DNA of 20,000 nucleotides from Chiloscyllium plagiosum. Lineage: Eukaryota. The position numbers were made by a program, and so were the translations under genes. The stretch spans positions 77,305,208-77,325,207 of the forward strand of contig NC_057711.1 of assembly GCF_004010195.1 (NCBI RefSeq), given 5' to 3'. Below the pieces are notes generated by a model. It did not search any database, was not told where the DNA came from, and saw only the letters and a program-made list of their open reading frames with translations. The stretch's first letter is position 1, and each line of letters starts with the position of its first letter. Positions 19,927 through 20,000 of this stretch are shown here, piece by piece.

Positions 19927-20000
19927 CCATCGCTGAAGGTCTTGTCCAGAAAGATCTCGTTTTCTCGGATGAGCCTAAGGTCTTCGAGTTCTTTCGTCAG
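19927..20000 (-). mobile_element. CR1 ORF1 coiled-coil fragment in opposite orientation, cut by window edge
   Basis: Minus strand reads LTKELEDLRLIRENEIFLDKTFSD, resembling the L..LR.IRE.E..ID motif of vertebrate CR1 ORF1; CpG-rich, so probably young. Confidence 0.65.

Noticed and set aside
19923..19928. GAGACC (BsaI site) at the abrupt junction, suggesting synthetic sequence
   Set aside because: A single 6-mer is expected by chance, and the downstream sequence reads as CR1 ORF1-like on the minus strand.

Overview
Repeat-dense, apparently non-genic vertebrate DNA. The repeat families (HE1/V-SINE-type SINE, CR1 LINEs with short tandem-repeat tails) point to a cartilaginous fish, probably a shark; this is inference. 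No host protein-coding exon, rRNA, true tRNA or CRISPR is recognisable, and the ORFs I can interpret are transposon remnants, antisense shadows or artefacts of a 500-N gap. The first 8 kb is a nested stack. An old + strand CR1 is split by an L1/Tx1-like 3' stub and by an apparently full-length ~3.2 kb - strand APE-RT LINE, which is itself split by a solo LTR and a younger CR1. That ~3.2 kb LINE is the most unusual item: it has no room for ORF1 and starts with a tRNA-like Pol III A/B-box head, i.e. a SINE-type promoter on an autonomous-type LINE. Other notable items are four Penelope-type terminal-repeat relics with minimal hammerhead-ribozyme cores, a decayed PIF/Harbinger transposon (TIRs, ATA TSD, Myb/SANT pseudogene), a perfect 79-bp duplication flanking a tailless 52-bp SINE head, and a SINE family with a possible H-type pseudoknot. 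Boundaries and family names come from reading by eye, not database searches.
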